The position numbers were made by a program, and so were the translations under genes. DNA of 64,000 nucleotides, from the NCBI RefSeq assembly GCF_058153355.1, contig NZ_CM177019.1, one strand, 5' to 3'. The notes below the pieces were generated by a model that was not told the DNA's origin, did not search any database, and was given only the letters and a program-made list of their open reading frames with translations. This document shows, piece by piece, positions 1-13,303 of the stretch (within the stretch, counting starts at the first letter, position 1; every line of letters begins with the position of its first letter).

Positions 1-1
1 G

Positions 2-1915
2 ACCAGCAAAGAGACGATTTTGCCGCTGTTTGGCGCGTTGATTCTGGTCGGTTGCAGTATTTACTCACGCCGCTATTTCACCCGTTTTCTTGAACGTTCG
101 GCGGCGAAAGTCGGCAAAGTGACTCAGGATCACTTCTGGCTGACGTTGCGCACCCTTTTCTGGTCGATTCTCGTCGCATCACCGCTACCGGTGCTGTGGA
201 TGACGCTGGGTTACGGCTTGCGCGAGGCGTGGCCTTATCCGCTGGCGGTCGCAATTGGTGATGGCGTAACGGCCACCGTACCGCTGCTGTGGGTAGTGAT
301 GATTTGCGCCACCTTTGCCCGTCCGAACGGCTTGTTTATCGCTCATTTCGGCTGGCCACGCGAACGGGTTTCCCGTGGGATGCGTTACTACCTGATGAGC
401 ATCGGGCTTATTGTGCCGCTGATTATGGCGCTGATGATGTTCGATAACCTCGACGACCGTGAATTCTCCGGTTCGCTGGGACGGCTTTGTTTTATCCTCA
501 TTTGCGGTGCACTGGCGGTGGTCACCCTCAGCCTGAAAAAGGCCGGGATTCCGTTGTATCTCAACAAAGAAGGCAGCGGCGACAACATTACCAACCATAT
601 GCTGTGGAACATGATGATTGGCGCGCCGTTGGTAGCCATCCTGGCGTCGGCGGTGGGTTATCTGGCAACGGCGCAGGCACTGTTAGCAAGGCTTGAAACC
701 TCAGTTGCCATCTGGTTCCTACTATTAGTGGTTTATCACGTTATCCGCCGCTGGATGCTGATCCAACGCCGCAGGCTGGCGTTTGACCGGGCGAAGCATC
801 GCCGGGCAGAGATGTTAGCGCAGCGTGCGCGTGGCGAAGAGGAAGCGCATCATCACAGTAGCCCGGAAGGGGCAATTGAAGTCGATGAAAGTGAAGTCGA
901 TCTCGATGCCATCAGTGCACAATCCTTGCGGCTGGTGCGCTCAATCCTGATGTTGATCGCCCTACTTTCAGTCATTGTGCTGTGGTCAGAAATCCATTCC
1001 GCTTTCGGCTTCCTCGAAAATATTTCGCTGTGGGATGTCACTTCCACGGTACAGGGCGTGGAAAGCCTGGAGCCGATTACCCTCGGTGCGGTGCTAATTG
1101 CCATTCTGGTGTTTATCATCACCACGCAGCTGGTGCGCAACCTGCCCGCGCTGCTGGAACTGGCGATTTTACAGCACCTCGATTTAACGCCGGGTACCGG
1201 CTACGCCATCACCACCATCACCAAATATCTGCTGATGCTGATTGGCGGGCTGGTCGGCTTCTCAATGATTGGTATTGAGTGGTCGAAATTACAGTGGCTG
1301 GTCGCCGCGCTCGGTGTTGGTCTGGGCTTTGGTTTGCAGGAAATTTTCGCCAACTTTATCTCTGGCCTGATCATCCTGTTCGAAAAACCGATTCGTATTG
1401 GCGATACGGTGACGATCCGCGATCTCACCGGTAGCGTGACGAAAATTAACACCCGCGCCACCACCATCAGCGACTGGGACCGCAAAGAAATTATCGGGCC
1501 GAACAAGGCGTTTATTACCGAGCAGTTTATCAACTGGTCGCTCTCTGACTCGGTCACGCGCGTGGTGTTGACGATTCCGGCCCCTGCCGATGCCAACAGT
1601 GAAGAAGTGACGGAAATCCTGCTCACCGCAGCGCGTCGCTGCTCGCTGGTGATCGACAACCCGGCGCCGGAAGTCTTCCTGGTGGATCTGCAGCAGGGGA
1701 TTCAGATTTTCGAGCTGCGTATTTACGCCGCTGAGATGGGTCACCGTATGCCGCTACGCCATGAGATCCACCAGCTGATTCTGGCAGGATTCCATGCCCA
1801 CGGTATTGATATGCCATTCCCGCCCTTCCAGATGCGTCTGGAAAGCCTCAACGGTAAACAAACGGGGAGAACATTAACTTCTGCGGGCAAAGGTCGTCAG
1901 GCGGGAAGTTTGTAA
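2..1915 (+). CDS. mscM: Miniconductance mechanosensitive channel MscM (YjeP), C-terminal part; 5' end lies outside the window
   Basis: Frame open from window edge to stop at 1913-1915; MscS-type channel core (…GDTVTIRDLTGSVTKINTRATTISDWDRKEIIGPNKAF…); synteny with yjeO/yjeM/epmA. Confidence 0.85.
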   Translation, partial: TSKETILPLFGALILVGCSIYSRRYFTRFLERSAAKVGKVTQDHFWLTLRTLFWSILVASPLPVLWMTLGYGLREAWPYPLAVAIGDGVTATVPLLWVVMICATFARPNGLFIAHFGWPRERVSRGMRYYLMSIGLIVPLIMALMMFDNLDDREFSGSLGRLCFILICGALAVVTLSLKKAGIPLYLNKEGSGDNITNHMLWNMMIGAPLVAILASAVGYLATAQALLARLETSVAIWFLLLVVYHVIRRWMLIQRRRLAFDRAKHRRAEMLAQRARGEEEAHHHSSPEGAIEVDESEVDLDAISAQSLRLVRSILMLIALLSVIVLWSEIHSAFGFLENISLWDVTSTVQGVESLEPITLGAVLIAILVFIITTQLVRNLPALLELAILQHLDLTPGTGYAITTITKYLLMLIGGLVGFSMIGIEWSKLQWLVAALGVGLGFGLQEIFANFISGLIILFEKPIRIGDTVTIRDLTGSVTKINTRATTISDWDRKEIIGPNKAFITEQFINWSLSDSVTRVVLTIPAPADANSEEVTEILLTAARRCSLVIDNPAPEVFLVDLQQGIQIFELRIYAAEMGHRMPLRHEIHQLILAGFHAHGIDMPFPPFQMRLESLNGKQTGRTLTSAGKGRQAGSL

Positions 1916-1945
1916 GGTCTTTGTGGCCGGATGAACCCATCCGGC

Positions 1946-2260
1946 TCACAAGCAAAACTGATAGCGCAGAAAAAACTGCCACAACCAGTAGCCGAAAATA
2001 GCCAGCGCGGTGGCGTACATAAACCAGCCGCGTTTTTTTCGCCACAAAGCGAACCAGAGAAAAGGGAAAAAGAGCGGTAACGTTATTATCACACCGACAT
2101 CGCGAGTATCGTCATCTTCGAGATACATCAAAACATCACAGACGTTGTTAATCCCGCGTCCATCAATCATCCACTCTTTGTCCAGCGCGGAGGTAATGGT
2201 TATCCAGAGGAACGCCACAACAAACCAGATGCAGCACAAGACAAACATGCGCGCACTCAT
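1946..2260 (-). CDS. yjeO: Inner membrane protein YjeO (104 aa)
   Basis: 104-aa hydrophobic ORF MSARMFVLCCIWFVVAFLW…; position between mscM and yjeM. Confidence 0.8.
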   Translation of the reverse strand: MSARMFVLCCIWFVVAFLWITITSALDKEWMIDGRGINNVCDVLMYLEDDDTRDVGVIITLPLFFPFLWFALWRKKRGWFMYATALAIFGYWLWQFFLRYQFCL

Positions 2261-2357
2261 GAGATAATCGGTCGCTTAATTTCGCTATAGCGCATACGAA
2301 ATCCCGCTAATTCCCTGTCATTGCGCCCTATCGTCAGGCAGACGATAGGGCATCGGG

Positions 2358-3860
2358 TTATTCCACCGCCCACTGCGGATTTTTTGCCACTCTGCTGCAA
2401 TAGTTCTGGTAAATCGCCATCGCTAACAGCGAGAAGAAGACAGGGCCGCCAATCATCCACAATGTGCTGTCCCAGTCTCCGGCTTCAACCACAGGTTGAA
2501 TGATGGTGAAGACGTTCGCAAATGTCACCACCAGTACGACAACCACCGTCGCAATCATTGCCGACATACGCGTTTTGAAAATCACAAACGGTCTGTCGAG
2601 ATCCTGACGTGCTTTAAAGAATGGGAAAGCCAGCGCGAGGAACAAGTAAGGAAGCGTCATAGACACGTTCGCCATCAGCGTCAGCTTGTTAAAGAACGCC
2701 GATGCGGTACCGCCACCAAACGAAACCAGCAGGATGAAGACAGTAACCAACCCGCACTGCATCCACATCGCGATAGATGGCATGCCCATCGCATTCAGCC
2801 GCGTCATCGGTTCCGGCCACAACGCTTTCGGCGTCCCCTGGATGATAGCTTTCAACGGTGAATAGCAAAGCGTAAAGAACGCGCCAGTGTAAGCGAGGAA
2901 CATCGAAAGCCCGGTAATACGCGCAAACCATACACCCAGCGACAATGACGCTTCAGGTGACAAATGCAATGCGTTACCCAGCGTCAACCCGAGGCTCTTC
3001 ATCAGCACATAGGTAATATTGCCGAGGTTAACGGAACCATTACTTAATACCTGCTGCCAGTTTGTGCTGACGCCCCATAAAAATATTGCCAGCGAATAAC
3101 CGATTGAAATAACAATAGCGGCAAAAACAATACCTTTGGCAAAGTTCTTTTCTGGATTTTCCGTTTTATCGACCAGACCACCCACCGCTTCAATTCCGCC
3201 ATAGGCAAAAATGGCAAATACCACAAACGATAGCATCGCCAGACCGGATTGATATCCAGGGTTCGGTGATGCAAGGAAATTAATATCCTGCGCGAAATGC
3301 CCACCGTTTAATAACAAAATAGCAATGCTTACTAACAGCAATACTAAATTAAGACACATTACTGCAATACCGCCCACCGCAGTAATACGGGCAATTTTAT
3401 TAATCCCTTTTGAAGCAACGACGGTGACCAGAATCATCCATGCCACTGCCAGCAGACCAACTACCTGCGTAGGCTCCAGTCCGGCAATACGCCAGTGCTG
3501 GGTCATGTCGCTTCCATAGAGGAATGTTGAGAACGGTACCCAAACTTTAGCGGAGGTGCTCACCATCCAGATGATATAAGAGGAAAACCACATAAACGTA
3601 CCAATGAAGGCAAAACGTGGTCCGACACTATTATTCATCCAGGAATAGATACCGCCTTCTTCTTTGCGATACGCAGCGCCCATTTCAGCCATCATTAAGG
3701 CGAATGGAATAAAGAATAACAATGCAGAAAATATATAAAAGGGAATCGCACTATAACCCATTAAGTAATAAGCCGATGGGCTATTGGCAAATCCAAATAC
3801 GGAAGTAAAGATCATCAATATGAGTCCTATCAGACTCATCTTTTTTATCGTGTGAGGCAT
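2358..3860 (-). CDS. yjeM: APC-family inner membrane transporter YjeM (500 aa)
   Basis: ORF-track frame 2358..3902 trimmed to the Met preceded by AAGGA (MPHTIKKMSLIGLILM…); polytopic membrane protein. Confidence 0.85.
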   Translation of the reverse strand: MPHTIKKMSLIGLILMIFTSVFGFANSPSAYYLMGYSAIPFYIFSALLFFIPFALMMAEMGAAYRKEEGGIYSWMNNSVGPRFAFIGTFMWFSSYIIWMVSTSAKVWVPFSTFLYGSDMTQHWRIAGLEPTQVVGLLAVAWMILVTVVASKGINKIARITAVGGIAVMCLNLVLLLVSIAILLLNGGHFAQDINFLASPNPGYQSGLAMLSFVVFAIFAYGGIEAVGGLVDKTENPEKNFAKGIVFAAIVISIGYSLAIFLWGVSTNWQQVLSNGSVNLGNITYVLMKSLGLTLGNALHLSPEASLSLGVWFARITGLSMFLAYTGAFFTLCYSPLKAIIQGTPKALWPEPMTRLNAMGMPSIAMWMQCGLVTVFILLVSFGGGTASAFFNKLTLMANVSMTLPYLFLALAFPFFKARQDLDRPFVIFKTRMSAMIATVVVVLVVTFANVFTIIQPVVEAGDWDSTLWMIGGPVFFSLLAMAIYQNYCSRVAKNPQWAVE

Positions 3861-4078
3861 GAAACCATCCTTCATTTCAGCGCGTGTATAAAACGCGCCC
3901 ACTGAACTGCACCGCCCAACATTGAGCGGGCAGCGTAAAAACCAATACAGAATTGATACCTGGATGATATCAAATATCCAGTCTTAAATTGTGGCCTTTA
4001 GCGGAAAAATGAAAACATATGCTACAGAATGGCGCTCATCACGCCATTCTTCGCGGTTAATTCAGTAATTTTTCAGAA

Positions 4079-5056
4079 TTATGCCCGGTCAACGCTAAAG
4101 GCGATGACTTCAGCCAGTGTCTCCGCGCCCAGCGCCAACATCACCAGACGATCAACGCCTAATGCCACGCCGGAACAGTCAGGCATACCGACTTTCAAGG
4201 CTTCAATAAGATTCTGGTCAATGGGGTGCTGCGGCAAACCGCGCGCCGCGCGCTTACGGTTATCTTGTTCAAAACGTTGTTGCTGCTCACGGGCATCCGT
4301 CAATTCATGGAAACCATTCGCCAGCTCAATACCTTTATAATAAACCTCAAAGCGTTCAGCGACCCGATGATCTTCGGTACTGATTTGCGCCAGTGATGCC
4401 TGGCTGGCCGGAAAGTGGTACACAAAGGTCGGTTTTTCTTTGCCAATATTTGGCTCTACGCCAAAGGTAAACAGCAGTTGTAACAGCGTGTCGCGGTCTT
4501 CTTCGGTATCGGCAACGTTGCTCAAATCCAGTTTCGCTGCCACTTCCCGCAGTTGCGTTTTGTCGGCAGAGAGCGGGTCAATTTCCAGATAACGCAAGAA
4601 AGCTTGTTGATAAGAAAGACTTTCTGCTGCCGGGCAGTCCAGCACCTGTTGCAAGAGATCGTCCACCTCGTTCATCAACCGGTACATATCATAGTGCGGT
4701 CGATACCACTCCAGCATAGTGAATTCAGGGTTGTGATAACGCCCCATCTCTTCATTACGGAAGCTGCGACACAGCTGGAAAACCGGCCCACAACCGGCAA
4801 CCAGCAGGCGTTTCATATGGTATTCCGGGCTGGTCATTAACCAGAGATTCATCCCCTGCGAATGCCCGGGGCCAACGAAACGCGTCTCAAACGGGACCAA
4901 ATGAATATCGGTTACCGTCGCCTGGCTCATACAAGGCGTCTCCACCTCCAGCACTCCACGATCGGCAAAGAAACGACGGATCTCCGCCATAATCGCCGCG
5001 CGTTTTAATAAGTTAGGAATGGATGCGCTCGGCTGCCAGGATGCCGTTTCGCTCAT
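4079..5056 (-). CDS. epmA: EF-P lysine34 (R)-beta-lysine ligase EpmA (PoxA/YjeA), 325 aa
   Basis: [30 protein letters not shown]… class II LysRS-like catalytic core; ORF-track frame trimmed to the internal Met. Confidence 0.93.
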   Translation of the reverse strand: MSETASWQPSASIPNLLKRAAIMAEIRRFFADRGVLEVETPCMSQATVTDIHLVPFETRFVGPGHSQGMNLWLMTSPEYHMKRLLVAGCGPVFQLCRSFRNEEMGRYHNPEFTMLEWYRPHYDMYRLMNEVDDLLQQVLDCPAAESLSYQQAFLRYLEIDPLSADKTQLREVAAKLDLSNVADTEEDRDTLLQLLFTFGVEPNIGKEKPTFVYHFPASQASLAQISTEDHRVAERFEVYYKGIELANGFHELTDAREQQQRFEQDNRKRAARGLPQHPIDQNLIEALKVGMPDCSGVALGVDRLVMLALGAETLAEVIAFSVDRA

Positions 5057-5228
5057 AGTTAAATCTCCATTTTTTGACAAGGGCACGAAGTCTACTCGCA
5101 ACGCGGCGGCGAGACAAATTTTACGCAGGTATCAATCAACGGTGGGCGGTGACTAAAAAAAGCACGATCTGATGGTTTAGTAATTAAATTAATCATCTTC
5201 AGTGATAATTTAGCCCTCTTGCGCACTA

Positions 5229-5277
5229 AAAAAATCGATCTCGTCAAATTTCAGACTTATCCATCAGACTATACTGT
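5229..5277 (+). promoter_or_regulatory. frdABCD promoter region with FNR-type half sites (ATCGAT-N4-GTCAAA) and candidate -10 TATACT
   Basis: aaaATCGATctcgTCAAAtt at 5229-5248 resembles the TTGAT-N4-ATCAA FNR consensus; TATACT at 5271-5276; about 100 bp upstream of frdA GTG start. Confidence 0.5.
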
Positions 5278-5380
5278 TGTACCTATAAAGGAGCAGTGGA
5301 ATAGCGTTCGCAGACCGTAACTTTCAGGCACTTACCCTGAAGTACGGGGCTGTGGGATAAAAACAATCTGGAGGAATGTC

Positions 5381-7181
5381 GTGCAAACCTTTCAAGCCGA
5401 TCTTGCCATTGTAGGCGCCGGTGGCGCGGGATTACGTGCTGCAATTGCTGCCGCGCAGGCAAATCCAAATGCAAAAATCGCACTAATCTCAAAAGTATAC
5501 CCTATGCGTAGCCATACCGTAGCTGCAGAAGGGGGCTCCGCCGCTGTCGCGCAGGATCATGACAGCTTCGAATATCACTTTCACGATACAGTAGCGGGTG
5601 GCGACTGGTTGTGTGAGCAGGATGTCGTGGATTATTTCGTCCACCACTGCCCAACCGAAATGACCCAACTGGAACTGTGGGGATGCCCATGGAGCCGTCG
5701 CCCGGATGGTAGCGTCAACGTACGTCGCTTCGGCGGCATGAAAATCGAGCGTACCTGGTTCGCCGCCGATAAAACCGGCTTCCATATGCTGCACACGCTG
5801 TTCCAGACCTCTCTGCAATTCCCGCAGATCCAGCGTTTTGACGAGCACTTCGTACTGGATATTCTGGTTGATGATGGTCATGTTCGCGGCCTGGTGGCAA
5901 TGAACATGATGGAAGGCACGCTGGTGCAGATCCGTGCTAACGCGGTCGTTATGGCTACCGGCGGTGCAGGTCGCGTTTATCGTTACAACACCAACGGCGG
6001 CATCGTTACCGGTGACGGTATGGGTATGGCGCTAAGCCACGGCGTTCCGCTGCGTGACATGGAATTCGTTCAGTATCACCCAACCGGTCTGCCAGGTTCC
6101 GGTATCCTGATGACCGAAGGCTGCCGCGGTGAAGGCGGTATTCTGGTCAACAAAAATGGCTACCGTTATCTGCAAGATTACGGCATGGGCCCGGAAACTC
6201 CGCTGGGCGAGCCGAAAAACAAATATATGGAACTGGGTCCACGCGACAAAGTTTCTCAGGCCTTCTGGCACGAATGGCGTAAAGGCAACACCATCTCCAC
6301 GCCGCGTGGCGATGTAGTTTATCTCGACCTGCGTCACCTCGGCGAGAAAAAACTGCATGAACGTCTGCCGTTCATCTGCGAACTGGCGAAAGCGTACGTT
6401 GGCGTCGATCCGGTTAAAGAACCGATTCCAGTACGTCCGACCGCACACTACACCATGGGCGGTATCGAAACCGATCAGAACTGTGAAACCCGCATTAAAG
6501 GTCTGTTCGCCGTCGGTGAATGTTCCTCTGTTGGTCTGCACGGCGCAAACCGTCTGGGCTCCAACTCCCTGGCGGAACTGGTGGTCTTCGGTCGTCTGGC
6601 CGGTGAACAAGCGACAGAACGTGCAGCAACTGCCGGTAATGGCAACGAAGCGGCAATTGAAGCGCAGGCTGCTGGCGTTGAACAACGTCTGAAAGATCTG
6701 GTTAACCAGGATGGCGGCGAAAACTGGGCGAAGATCCGCGACGAAATGGGCCTGGCTATGGAAGAAGGTTGCGGTATCTACCGTACGCCGGAACTGATGC
6801 AGAAAACCATCGACAAGCTGGCTGAGCTACAGGAACGCTTCAAGCGCGTGCGCATCACCGACACCTCCAGTGTGTTCAACACCGACCTGCTCTACACCAT
6901 TGAACTGGGCCACGGTCTGAACGTTGCTGAATGTATGGCGCACTCTGCAATGGCACGTAAAGAGTCTCGCGGCGCGCACCAGCGTCTGGACGAAGGTTGC
7001 ACCGAGCGTGACGACGTCAACTTCCTCAAACACACCCTCGCCTTCCGCGATGCTGATGGCACTACTCGCCTGGAGTACAGCGACGTGAAGATTACTACGC
7101 TGCCGCCAGCTAAACGCGTTTACGGTGGCGAAGCGGATGCAGCCGATAAGGCGGAAGCAGCCAATAAGAAGGAGAAGGCGA

Positions 7182-7189
<8 letters not shown>
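5381..7189 (+). CDS. frdA: Fumarate reductase flavoprotein subunit FrdA (GTG start)
   Basis: 602-aa [29 protein letters not shown]… with FAD-binding GxGxxG and the covalent-FAD motif [10 protein letters not shown]. Confidence 0.97.
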
Positions 7190-8322
<1,133 letters not shown>

Positions 8323-8332
8323 GGAGCCTGAG

Positions 8333-9888
<1,556 letters not shown>

Positions 9889-9897
9889 AATTTCATC

Positions 9898-9921
9898 GGG
9901 TCCGAATTTTCGGACCTTTTC
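9898..9921 (+). terminator. ampC rho-independent terminator
   Basis: GGGTCCGAA-TTTT-CGGACC hairpin followed by TTTTCT. Confidence 0.7.
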
Positions 9922-9976
9922 TCCGCTTTTCCTTGCTGTCATCTACACTTAGAAAAAAACCAGTAAGGAAACATTT

Positions 9977-10510
9977 ATGCGCCTGCTCCCTCTCGTTGCC
10001 GCAGCGACAGCTGCATTTCTGGTCGTTGCCTGCAGTTCTCCTACGCCGCCGCGTGGCGTGACAGTAGTGAATAATTTCGACGCCAAACGTTATCTCGGTA
10101 CCTGGTATGAGATTGCCCGTTTTGATCACCGCTTTGAACGTGGACTGGAAAAAGTCACCGCAACATACAGTCTGCGGGATGATGGCGGCCTGAATGTCAT
10201 TAATAAAGGCTATAATCCTGACAGAGAAATGTGGCAGCAGAGTGAAGGGAAAGCGTACTTTACCGGCGCACCAACTCGCGCTGCGCTGAAAGTGTCATTC
10301 TTTGGCCCTTTCTATGGCGGCTATAACGTCATTGCACTTGATCGGGAATACCGCCATGCGCTGGTTTGCGGCCCGGACCGCGACTACCTGTGGATACTCT
10401 CCCGCACGCCAACCATTTCTGACGAAGTGAAACAGGAGATGCTGGCAGTCGCGACCCGGGAAGGGTTTGATGTCAGTAAGTTTATTTGGGTACAGCAGCC
10501 CGGTAGTTAG
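9977..10510 (+). CDS. blc: Outer membrane lipoprotein Blc (bacterial lipocalin)
   Basis: 177-aa ORF with lipobox LVVAC|SS and lipocalin signature …[24 protein letters not shown]…. Confidence 0.95.
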   Translation: MRLLPLVAAATAAFLVVACSSPTPPRGVTVVNNFDAKRYLGTWYEIARFDHRFERGLEKVTATYSLRDDGGLNVINKGYNPDREMWQQSEGKAYFTGAPTRAALKVSFFGPFYGGYNVIALDREYRHALVCGPDRDYLWILSRTPTISDEVKQEMLAVATREGFDVSKFIWVQQPGS

Positions 10511-10824
10511 TGAGTGCTGAGTTTCAGACCAATAATCCCCAATACGATTAACGCCAGGCTCGCCAGGCGCATCGGGTTAGCGGACTCACCGAGCAGCACA
10601 ATACCGGTGATGGCCGCGCCGACTGCGCCAATACCCGTCCACACGGCATAAGCCGTCCCTACCGGTAGCGATTTCATCGCCCAGGCAAGTAGCGCCATAC
10701 TGACAATCATCGCCGTCACGGTAATAACACTTGGCGTCAAACGACTAAAGCCGTGGGTATATTTCAGGCCAACGGCCCATACCACTTCCAGCAGGCCAGC
10801 AATAACTAAGATAATCCAGGACAT
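10507..10824 (-). CDS. gdx: SMR-family guanidinium exporter Gdx (SugE), 105 aa
   Basis: [26 protein letters not shown]… four-TM SMR protein; ORF-track frame trimmed to this Met. Confidence 0.93.
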   Translation of the reverse strand: MSWIILVIAGLLEVVWAVGLKYTHGFSRLTPSVITVTAMIVSMALLAWAMKSLPVGTAYAVWTGIGAVGAAITGIVLLGESANPMRLASLALIVLGIIGLKLSTH

Positions 10825-10998
10825 ATCAGGCTCCGGAGAATTGGGGCCGTCCCCGGTGAAAAGAGGCGTTTGCAGGTCGTCCTGCAAAGCTGATGGTTGA
10901 ACGGGTATTTTGCCAGGTGGCAGGGGAATTTCAACTATTACCTTAGTGACTATCGCAAAAAAACAAACGGCACGACACAGCTGTCGTACCGTTATTGC

Positions 10999-11145
10999 TT
11001 ACTGCTGCGCTTTCGTTGCTGCGCCAGAAATCGCGTTACCGCCATCAGAAATGTCTTCACCAACGCCACGCGTGGTGTTGCAAGCAGTTAATACTGTTGA
11101 AAGCACCAGAACAGAAAAGATCGCTGCAATTGTCTTCTTCACCAT
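10999..11145 (-). CDS. ecnB: Entericidin B lipoprotein (48 aa)
   Basis: Hand-translated minus-strand [51 protein letters not shown]; lipobox LTAC; below the ORF-track size cutoff. Confidence 0.9.
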
Positions 11146-11255
11146 AACGTCTTCCTTTTAGGTAATGTTATTTATGTTTGCCTATAGCAAATTAATAATA
11201 GACAACATCGCCAAAAATGACGGAAATCTGATGATTTTTCGGAAGAGAAGAAAAA

Positions 11256-11381
11256 CTAGCTGGCAGCGCGGGAGATTGAGTTGCCGAGATGTTTGATATC
11301 TTCGCCGAAACCGCGAGCGGTATTACAGCCCGTGAGCAGCGTGCTGGCAAGCAAAACAAGAACGATAAGGCGTTTCATCAT
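11256..11381 (-). CDS. ecnA: Entericidin A lipoprotein (41 aa)
   Basis: Hand-translated minus-strand [44 protein letters not shown]; lipobox LTGC; paralogous to ecnB. Confidence 0.9.
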   Translation of the reverse strand: MMKRLIVLVLLASTLLTGCNTARGFGEDIKHLGNSISRAAS

Positions 11382-11432
11382 CTCTGACCAGAATAAGTGA
11401 TGGTGCAGCCAACAGGCCGCACCAAAACCGCA

Positions 11433-11999
11433 TTACTTCACGCGAGAGACGTATTCACCAGAGCGGGTATCCACTTTGATGACTTCTCCGATCTGTACGA
11501 ACAGCGGAACTTTAACCACTGCACCAGTAGACAGGGTAGCCGGTTTGCCGCCAGTACCTGCGGTATCCCCTTTCAGGCCTGGATCGGTATCAACGATTTC
11601 CAGTTCAACAAAGTTCGGCGGAGTAACGGAGATCGGCTGACCATTCCACAGAGTTACGATACACTCTGCCTGATCCAGCAACCATTTGGCGTTGTCGCCA
11701 ATTGCTTTTGCATCAGCAGACAGTTGCTCGAAAGTTTCGTTGTTCATGAAGTGCCAGAACTCACCGTCGTTGTACAGGTAAGTCAGGTTCATATCGACAA
11801 CATCAGCGCCTTCAGCGGAATCAGTAGATTTGAAGGTTTTTTCTACGCGAGTACCGGTCAGCAGACGACGCAGTTTAACGCGAGCAAATGCCTGGCCTTT
11901 ACCCGGTTTTACGAATTCACTCGCTTCAACCGCGTAAGGTTCGCCGTCTAACATGATTTTAAGACCAGCACGAAAATCGTTGCTATAGTACGTTGCCAT
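11433..11999 (-). CDS. efp: Translation elongation factor P
   Basis: 188-aa [45 protein letters not shown]… including the modified-lysine loop KPGKGQA. Confidence 0.97.
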
Positions 12000-12040
12000 A
12001 AGGCCCTCTGAAATTTGTTAATTGGTAGCTAAGCCACAAA

Positions 12041-13069
12041 ATGGCGCATATTGTAACCCTAAATACCCCATCCAGAGAAGATTGGTTAACGCAACTTGCC
12101 GATGTTGTGACCGATCCTGATGAACTTCTGCGTCTTTTGAATATAGACGCGGACGAAAAACTGTTGGCCGGACGCAGCGCCAAAAAGCTGTTTGCCCTGC
12201 GTGTGCCCCGCTCATTTATCGATCGCATGGAGAAAGGCAATCCGGACGATCCACTTTTGCGTCAGGTACTTACCTCGCAAGATGAGTTTGTCGTCGCGCC
12301 CGGATTCTCCACCGACCCGCTGGAAGAACAGCACAGCGTAGTGCCAGGTTTGTTGCATAAATACCACAACCGGGTGCTTTTGCTGGTCAAAGGCGGCTGC
12401 GCGGTAAATTGCCGCTATTGCTTTCGTCGCCATTTCCCGTATGCCGAAAATCAGGGCAACAAGCGTAACTGGCAGACTGCACTTGAGTATGTTGCTGCGC
12501 ATCCGGAACTGGACGAGATGATTTTCTCCGGCGGCGATCCGCTGATGGCGAAAGATCACGAGCTGGACTGGTTGCTTACACAACTGGAAGCCATCCCGCA
12601 TATCAAACGTCTGCGGATTCACAGCCGTCTGCCGATTGTGATCCCGGCACGCATCACAGATGCGCTGGTTGAACGCTTTTCACATTCTACGCTGCAAATC
12701 TTGCTGGTGAATCACATCAACCATGCCAATGAGGTAGATGAAACATTCCGCCAGGCGATGGCTAAGTTGCGCCGGGTAGGCGTTACTTTGCTGAACCAGA
12801 GCGTTCTGTTACGTGGTGTGAATGATAACGCACAAACGCTGGCAAACCTGAGTAATGCGTTGTTCGATGCGGGCGTGATGCCGTATTACCTGCATGTGCT
12901 CGATAAAGTACAGGGCGCGGCGCATTTTATGGTGAGTGATGACGAAGCACGGCAGATTATGCGTGAGCTGCTGACGCTGGTATCTGGATATATGGTGCCG
13001 AAACTGGCGCGCGAGATTGGCGGCGAACCCAGTAAAACGCCACTGGATCTCCAGCTACGTCAGCAGTAA
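12041..13069 (+). CDS. epmB: EF-P beta-lysylation protein EpmB (lysine 2,3-aminomutase-like radical SAM enzyme)
   Basis: 342-aa ORF; radical-SAM motif CAVNCRYCFRR; divergent from efp. Confidence 0.95.
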   Translation: MAHIVTLNTPSREDWLTQLADVVTDPDELLRLLNIDADEKLLAGRSAKKLFALRVPRSFIDRMEKGNPDDPLLRQVLTSQDEFVVAPGFSTDPLEEQHSVVPGLLHKYHNRVLLLVKGGCAVNCRYCFRRHFPYAENQGNKRNWQTALEYVAAHPELDEMIFSGGDPLMAKDHELDWLLTQLEAIPHIKRLRIHSRLPIVIPARITDALVERFSHSTLQILLVNHINHANEVDETFRQAMAKLRRVGVTLLNQSVLLRGVNDNAQTLANLSNALFDAGVMPYYLHVLDKVQGAAHFMVSDDEARQIMRELLTLVSGYMVPKLAREIGGEPSKTPLDLQLRQQ

Positions 13070-13303
13070 CTGATTAAACAGGGAAGTTTAATCTTTGCAC
13101 GTTGCATAACCTTTAATTATTCATATACATTGCTGTTATTACTTTTTATATAACCAACACCAATAATTAACCTTTCTTTTCTGTTTATATAGAGTGAGCA
13201 CGGCTATTTATGTTATTTTAACAACTATTACTACCAAGCCCATTTATCTGGCTTATAAATTAAAATTAATTATTTAATTGAGAAATGGTTAGGGAGAACC
13301 TAC

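Noticed and set aside
1916-1950. Hairpin GCCGGATGAACCCATCCGGC between convergent mscM and yjeO, considered as a mobile-element end
   Set aside because: It is a single REP-like palindrome with no adjacent transposase or duplication. It is most simply a bidirectional terminator or REP unit.
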